A stretch of DNA of 45,055 nt from Cyanobacteriota bacterium. Its GTDB lineage: Bacteria > Cyanobacteriota > Cyanobacteriia > PCC-6307 > Cyanobiaceae. The notes beneath the pieces were generated by a model. The model saw only the letters and a list, made by a program, of their open reading frames with translations. It was not told the DNA's origin and ran no database searches. Positions within the stretch are counted from its first letter, which is position 1; each line of letters starts with the position of its first letter. Location of the stretch: positions 1 to 45,055 of the forward strand of contig JBEGQE010000041.1 of assembly GCA_041181145.1 (NCBI GenBank), in the 5' to 3' direction. Positions 40,437 through 45,055 of this stretch are shown one piece after another. The position numbers were made by a program, and so were the translations under genes.

Positions 40437-41663
40437 TTGACATCCGCCTCTTCCTCCTCCCCCGGCGTCGCCGCTTCCGCTCCCCACGACAGGGCCCGTC
40501 CCCTGGTCAAGGGCAGCACCTATCCCGCCAAGGACCTCTGCAGCCAGTGCGGTCTGTGCGACAGCCGCTGGGTGGCCTACGTGAAGGACAGCTGCGCCTT
40601 CCTGAACCAGCGCTTCGAGGCGATGGAAGCGGCGGCCCACGGTCGCAGCCGTGACCTCGACAACGAGGACGAGCTCTACTTCGGCGTGCAGCAGCGCATG
40701 CTCACCGCCCGCCTGCAGCAGCCGATCGCCGGTGCCCAGTGGACCGGAATCGTGAGCCGGATCGGTGTGCGCGCCCTGGAAACGGGCCTGGTGGATGCGG
40801 TGCTGTGCGTGGGTCAGAGCGACGACGATCGCTTCACGCCGGTGCCGCGCCTGGCCCGCACCCCTGAAGAGGTGCTCAATGCCCGAGTGAACAAGCCCAC
40901 GCTCTCGCCCAATCTGGAGGTGCTGGAGCAGCTGCCGGGCAGTGGCATCCAGCGGCTGCTGGCGATCGGGGTGGGGTGTCAGATCCAGGCCCTGCGGGCG
41001 GTGCAGCCCACGCTGCCGCTTGAGGAGTTGTTCGTGCTCGGCCTCCCCTGCGTCGACAACGTGTCGCGCCAGGGGCTTCAGACCTTCCTCGAGAGCACGG
41101 TGAGCTCGCCGGGCACGGTGGTGCACTACGAGTTCATGCAGGACTTCCGCATCCACTTCCGCCACAGCGACGGCCGCGAGGAGACGGTGCCCTTCTTCGG
41201 GCTCGACACCCCCAAACTCAAGGACGTGTTCGCGCCGAGTTGTCTGAGCTGCTTCGACTACACCAACGCCGGCGCCGATCTGGTGGTGGGCTACATGGGC
41301 GCCACGTTCGGGCGCCAATGGCTCACGGTGCGCAACCCGAAGGGCCAGCAGCTGCTCGATCTGGTGGAGGCGGAGCTGGATGTGGCGCCGGTGACCAGCA
41401 GCGGCCAGCGCCAGGCGGCGGTGCAGCAGGGCATCGAGGCCTACGACAAGGCGGTGAAGCTGCCGCTGTGGGTGGCGGATCTGATCGGTTTCTTTGTGGA
41501 GCGCTTCGGCCCGAAGGGGCTGGAGTATGGCCGCTTCTCGATCGATTCCCATTTCACCCGCAACGCCCTCTGGCTGCGCCGCAACCACCCCGACAAGGTG
41601 GAGGCCCATCTTCCGGCCTTCGCCCGGAAGATCATCAGCCGCTATCGGTTGCCGCAGCGATGA
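40437..41663 (+). CDS. bciB: F420 hydrogenase beta-subunit family, ferredoxin-dependent 8-vinyl (divinyl chlorophyllide) reductase
   Basis: PAKDLCSQCGLC, GAQWTGIV, GVGCQ, PCVDN, EFMQD, SCLSCFDY.N..ADLVVGYMG. TTG 40437 is the likely start. Confidence 0.88.
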   Translation: MTSASSSSPGVAASAPHDRARPLVKGSTYPAKDLCSQCGLCDSRWVAYVKDSCAFLNQRFEAMEAAAHGRSRDLDNEDELYFGVQQRMLTARLQQPIAGAQWTGIVSRIGVRALETGLVDAVLCVGQSDDDRFTPVPRLARTPEEVLNARVNKPTLSPNLEVLEQLPGSGIQRLLAIGVGCQIQALRAVQPTLPLEELFVLGLPCVDNVSRQGLQTFLESTVSSPGTVVHYEFMQDFRIHFRHSDGREETVPFFGLDTPKLKDVFAPSCLSCFDYTNAGADLVVGYMGATFGRQWLTVRNPKGQQLLDLVEAELDVAPVTSSGQRQAAVQQGIEAYDKAVKLPLWVADLIGFFVERFGPKGLEYGRFSIDSHFTRNALWLRRNHPDKVEAHLPAFARKIISRYRLPQR

Positions 41664-43150
41664 GGCGCGCCGGCGTTCTGCTGCACCCCACGGCGCTGCC
41701 CGGCACGCCCGGCTGCGGCAGCCTGGGCGAGGCCGCCCGGGCCTGGATCGATGCCCTGGCCGATCGGGGCATCGGCGCCTGGCAACTGCTGCCCCTGGCC
41801 CCCACCGACGGCACCGGCTCCCCCTACAGCTCCCCCAGCGGCTTCGCCCTGAACCCGTGGCTGCTCGATGCCGAGCAGCTGGTGGCCGACGGGCTGCTGG
41901 AGCGCGCTGATCTGCAGGCGTTGCCCGCCCATGGCGATCCGGGCCGTCTCGACATCCCCCTGGCCCAGCGCCGCGCGGATCTGTTGGCGGAGGCCCTGTT
42001 GTGCCGCGCCCCGCACTGGCCCGCTGCCCAGCGCCAGGACCTGGCCGACTGGCGCGCCCAGCAGGCCTTCTGGCTGCACGACCACTGCCGCTTCATGGTG
42101 CTGCGGCGCCTGCAGCAGCAGCGCCCCTGGTGGGAGTGGCCGGCGCCCCTGGCCCGCCGCGAGCGCGGCGCCCTGCACCGGCTGGAGCAGGAGCAGGCCG
42201 GTGCGCTGGAGCGGGAGGTCCTGCTGCAGTGGCAGCTCCAGCACCAGTGGCAGCGGCTGCTCGAGCACGCCCGCCGCCGCGGGGTGGAGGTGATCGGCGA
42301 TCTGCCCTTCTACGTGGCCCACGACAGCGCCGATGTCTGGAGTCGTCCACACCTGTTTTCCCTGGGCCGTGATGGCCGGCTGCGCACCCAGAGCGGTGTG
42401 CCGCCCGATTACTTCTCGGCCACCGGCCAGCTCTGGGGCACCCCGGTGTATGTGTGGCCGCTGCATCGCCTCACCCGCTTCCGCTGGTGGATGCGCCGCC
42501 TGGAGCGCCAGCTCGAGTTGCTCGATCTGCTGCGCCTCGACCACTTCCGCGCCCTGGAGGCCGCCTGGTGCGTGCCCGGTGGGGATCGCACCGCCGAACA
42601 CGGCCGCTGGCGCCCGTCCCCCGGCCGCGCCCTGCTGCGCCGGCTGCGCGCTGTGCGCGGCGGCGGCCACCTGCCGCTGATCGCTGAAGACCTGGGCGTG
42701 ATCACCCCGGCGGTGGAGGCCCTGCGTGACCATGACCGGCTGCCGGGCATGAAGATCCTGCAGTTCGCCTTCGACGGTAACCCCGAGAACCCCTACCTGC
42801 CGGGGAACTTCCACGGCAGCGACTGGGTGGTGTACACCGGTACCCACGACAACGCCACCTGCATCGGCTGGTGGAACGGCCTCGGTCCGGAGGAGCGCCA
42901 GCGGGTGGAGGCCTGCCTGGGGGCGGCGGTTCAGGCCCCGGGCTGGCAGCTGCTGGAGCTGGCCCTGCGCTCCAGCGCCGAGTTGGCGGTGGTGCCCCTG
43001 CAGGACCTGCTCGAGCTGGGCGACGAGGCCCGCTTCAACACCCCTGGCACCACCGAGGGCAACTGGGGCTGGCGCCTACGCCAGCCGATCCAGGCCATCG
43101 CCGGTCCCCTGCAGGGCTTGGGTGAGATGGCCCGGCGTTACGGCCGCTGA
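41660..43150 (+). CDS. malQ: 4-alpha-glucanotransferase (GH77)
   Basis: GVLLHPTALP, WQLLPL, GDLPFYV, GVPPDYFSATGQLWG, RLDHFR, AEDLG, YTGTHDN. ATGA overlap with bciB. Confidence 0.96.
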   Translation: MRRAGVLLHPTALPGTPGCGSLGEAARAWIDALADRGIGAWQLLPLAPTDGTGSPYSSPSGFALNPWLLDAEQLVADGLLERADLQALPAHGDPGRLDIPLAQRRADLLAEALLCRAPHWPAAQRQDLADWRAQQAFWLHDHCRFMVLRRLQQQRPWWEWPAPLARRERGALHRLEQEQAGALEREVLLQWQLQHQWQRLLEHARRRGVEVIGDLPFYVAHDSADVWSRPHLFSLGRDGRLRTQSGVPPDYFSATGQLWGTPVYVWPLHRLTRFRWWMRRLERQLELLDLLRLDHFRALEAAWCVPGGDRTAEHGRWRPSPGRALLRRLRAVRGGGHLPLIAEDLGVITPAVEALRDHDRLPGMKILQFAFDGNPENPYLPGNFHGSDWVVYTGTHDNATCIGWWNGLGPEERQRVEACLGAAVQAPGWQLLELALRSSAELAVVPLQDLLELGDEARFNTPGTTEGNWGWRLRQPIQAIAGPLQGLGEMARRYGR

Positions 43151-44085
43151 GGCTTGGCGGGCAGCGGCAGGCGGTAGAGCCCCGGCTGCCCTGGCTGGGC
43201 CGGCAGCGGTTGGCCTTGCCAGAGCACCTCGGCGGCGCCCGGAGCCGGGTTGATGCTGAGCTGCAGGGGTGGCTGCAGCTGCAGGCTCAGTTGCCCTTGG
43301 GCCCCCTGCAGGTTCGAGCGCTGTCCGCTCTCGCTGCTGAGGCTGATCGTGCTGGCGCGGCTGAGATTGAGCTCCAGCAGCCCAGGGCCCCGGTCCGCAG
43401 GCGTGGTGCGGCTGGAACGTTGCAGCACCTCCAGGGCCATGCCGCGGCTGGCCCGTTGCAGGGGCCGCAGGTCCGGGTAGAGCTTGAGCAGGGTGCTGCC
43501 GGCATCGGCGGAGCGGGCCTGCTCCCGCACGGGCAGGGGGGCGATCGGCTGGGGGCTGAGCAGGTTGGCGGCCGCAATCCGCTGCTGTTGCAGGTTGATC
43601 GCGTAGATCAACCCCAGGGTGAGGGCTCCGTAGAGCAGGGTGCCTTGCCAGGTGCTGAACACCTCGATCGAACCGGGGGTGAACCGCTGCAGCAGGCCGC
43701 TGCGGCCGGTGCTGCGCCCGTGGGCGTCGGTCTGGGCGGGCAGGGCCACCTCCAGGCTGCCGCCGGGCAGCTCCAGCCGCTGCTCGATCAGCGGCAGCAT
43801 CGTGCGCAGGTAGGCAGCCTCCGGCAGCCGGTCGCGCCAGCCGCGCTCGAGGGCCTCCAGCACCGGGGTGCTGATGCGGGTTTCCAGGGCCAGTTGCCGC
43901 AGGCTCAGGCCGCGCTGCTCCCGCTCCCGACGCAGCAGCCGTCCCGCCTCCAGCAGGGGGTCCTCCGGGCGGCCCTGGGCGGCGGGGCCACTGCTGCGGT
44001 TGCGGCGCCAGGGGGTCCAGCGGGCCAGGCCGGCGATCTTCGGGGCGAGCCGTGGCATCAGGGCCTGGGTTCCTGGATGTTCCAT
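43138..44085 (-). CDS. RodZ-like helix-turn-helix membrane protein
   Basis: GRLLRREREQRGLSL, TRIS...LEALERG, LPEAAY (HTH_25 type), one TM segment, C-terminal beta-rich domain. Confidence 0.8.
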   Translation of the reverse strand: MEHPGTQALMPRLAPKIAGLARWTPWRRNRSSGPAAQGRPEDPLLEAGRLLRREREQRGLSLRQLALETRISTPVLEALERGWRDRLPEAAYLRTMLPLIEQRLELPGGSLEVALPAQTDAHGRSTGRSGLLQRFTPGSIEVFSTWQGTLLYGALTLGLIYAINLQQQRIAAANLLSPQPIAPLPVREQARSADAGSTLLKLYPDLRPLQRASRGMALEVLQRSSRTTPADRGPGLLELNLSRASTISLSSESGQRSNLQGAQGQLSLQLQPPLQLSINPAPGAAEVLWQGQPLPAQPGQPGLYRLPLPAKPQRP

Positions 44086-44783
44086 TCTTGGCGATCAACC
44101 CGGCGCCAGCGCCCCTCCGGCAGGGCCCCCAGCGCGATCGGGCCGATCGCCACCCGCTGCAGATCACGCACCGGGTGCCCCAGCAGCTCGGCGGTTCGCC
44201 GGATCTGGCGGTTGCGCCCCTCGGTCATCACCAGTTCGAGCTGGGTCTGATCCGCCCGCTGGTCGAGCCGACGCAGCTGCACCGGCTGGCTGGCGCTGCC
44301 GTCGAGGGGGACGCCGCGGGCCCAGCGCGTCAGGCAGGCCCGGTCGGGATGGCCCTGCACCCACACCCGGTAGGTCTTGCGGTGGGCATAGCGGGGGTGG
44401 GTGAGCTGCAGGGTGAGGCCGCCATCGTTGCTGAGCAGCAGGGCACCGCGGCTTTCGGCATCGAGCCGACCCACCGGATGGAGCCCCCGGCCGCGGGCCA
44501 GGTCCTCGGGCAGCAGATCGAGCACGATCGGTCGCCCCTCCGGGTCGTGGCAGCTGCTGAGCACGCCAGTGGGTTTGTTGAGGAGCAGCAGCAGCGGCTC
44601 GGCCGCCGGCCGCAGGGGCTGGCCGTCGAGGCGGATGTCGTCCTGCTGGGGATCGCCTTTGTCGCCCAGCTGGGCCACGCGACCATTCACCTCCACCCGG
44701 CCGGCCCGCAGCAGCTCCTCGGCGCGGCGGCGGGAACACAGGCCGCTGGCCGCCATCAGCTTCTGCAGGCGCTCCGCCGCCAT
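44058..44783 (-). CDS. RsuA/RluB-family pseudouridine synthase with S4 domain
   Basis: ERLQKLMAASGLCSRRRAE, NKPTG, VGRLD, EGRNRQIRR. ATG 44783. Confidence 0.93.
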   Translation of the reverse strand: MAAERLQKLMAASGLCSRRRAEELLRAGRVEVNGRVAQLGDKGDPQQDDIRLDGQPLRPAAEPLLLLLNKPTGVLSSCHDPEGRPIVLDLLPEDLARGRGLHPVGRLDAESRGALLLSNDGGLTLQLTHPRYAHRKTYRVWVQGHPDRACLTRWARGVPLDGSASQPVQLRRLDQRADQTQLELVMTEGRNRQIRRTAELLGHPVRDLQRVAIGPIALGALPEGRWRRVDRQEWNIQEPRP

Positions 44784-44865
44784 CCCGCTCGCCCCCATCC
44801 GGCCCGTCGCCCCTGGATTCTGACGAGGGGGCGCCGCGCCGGAACCCTGAAAAAAGGTGGTAGGT

Positions 44866-44889
44866 TTACGAAACACAGATGTTTCGTAA
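44866..44889. promoter_or_regulatory. Perfect 10-bp inverted repeat (putative operator) upstream of the sigma factor gene
   Basis: TTACGAAACA-CAGA-TGTTTCGTAA, AT-rich, ending 13 nt before ATG 44903 and abutting a TAGGTT -10-like hexamer at 44861-44866. Confidence 0.6.
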
Positions 44890-44902
44890 CCGGCTCGGCG
44901 TC

Positions 44903-45055
44903 ATGCCTTCGCTGCCCGTGATCCGCTCCGACCGCGATGCCGCGGCCCTGGCCGGTGGCGTGGATCTGGTGCGCTCCTACCTGCGCGACATCGGCCGGGT
45001 GCCGCTGCTCAGCCATGAGCAGGAGATCACCCTGGGCCGCCAGGTGCAGGAGCTG
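44903..45055 (+). CDS. RpoD/SigA-family sigma factor, probably group 2 (3'-truncated by the window)
   Basis: Not in the ORF track. My translation is MPSLPVIRSDRDAAALAGGVDLVRSYLRDIGRVPLLSHEQEITLGRQVQEL, i.e. region 1.2 after a short N-terminus. Confidence 0.92.
   Translation, partial: MPSLPVIRSDRDAAALAGGVDLVRSYLRDIGRVPLLSHEQEITLGRQVQEL

Overview
A gene-dense, GC-rich stretch of picocyanobacterial chromosome, most likely Cyanobium or freshwater/brackish Synechococcus (inferred from gene content and composition). It holds about 48 CDS plus tRNA-Glu(TTC). Most of it is core genome: leuA, folD-crtE-DUF212-helicase, petH-zwf-opcA-cobB, sasA, pepN, prs, bciB, malQ, two pseudouridine synthases and the start of a sigma-70 factor. 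A patch of small accessory genes lies at about 8-13.5 kb (Nif11-like peptide, DUF427, cyAbrB, mini-SepF, GAF-GGDEF, SemiSWEET), and one compositionally atypical EEP gene follows pepN. I see no transposase, integrase, prophage or CRISPR array, and no clearly new multi-gene system. The best leads are: a GGDEF protein with a broken active site but intact I-site; a LabA with a degenerate acidic motif; arsS without a neighbouring arsM, coupled to a GH57 gene; an orphan Nif11 peptide paired with DUF427; a perfect inverted repeat over the putative sigma-factor promoter; a hairpin-rich spacer before the EEP gene; and a C9 run one base away from fusing cobB to a phosphatase. All calls come from motif recognition by eye; no searches were run.
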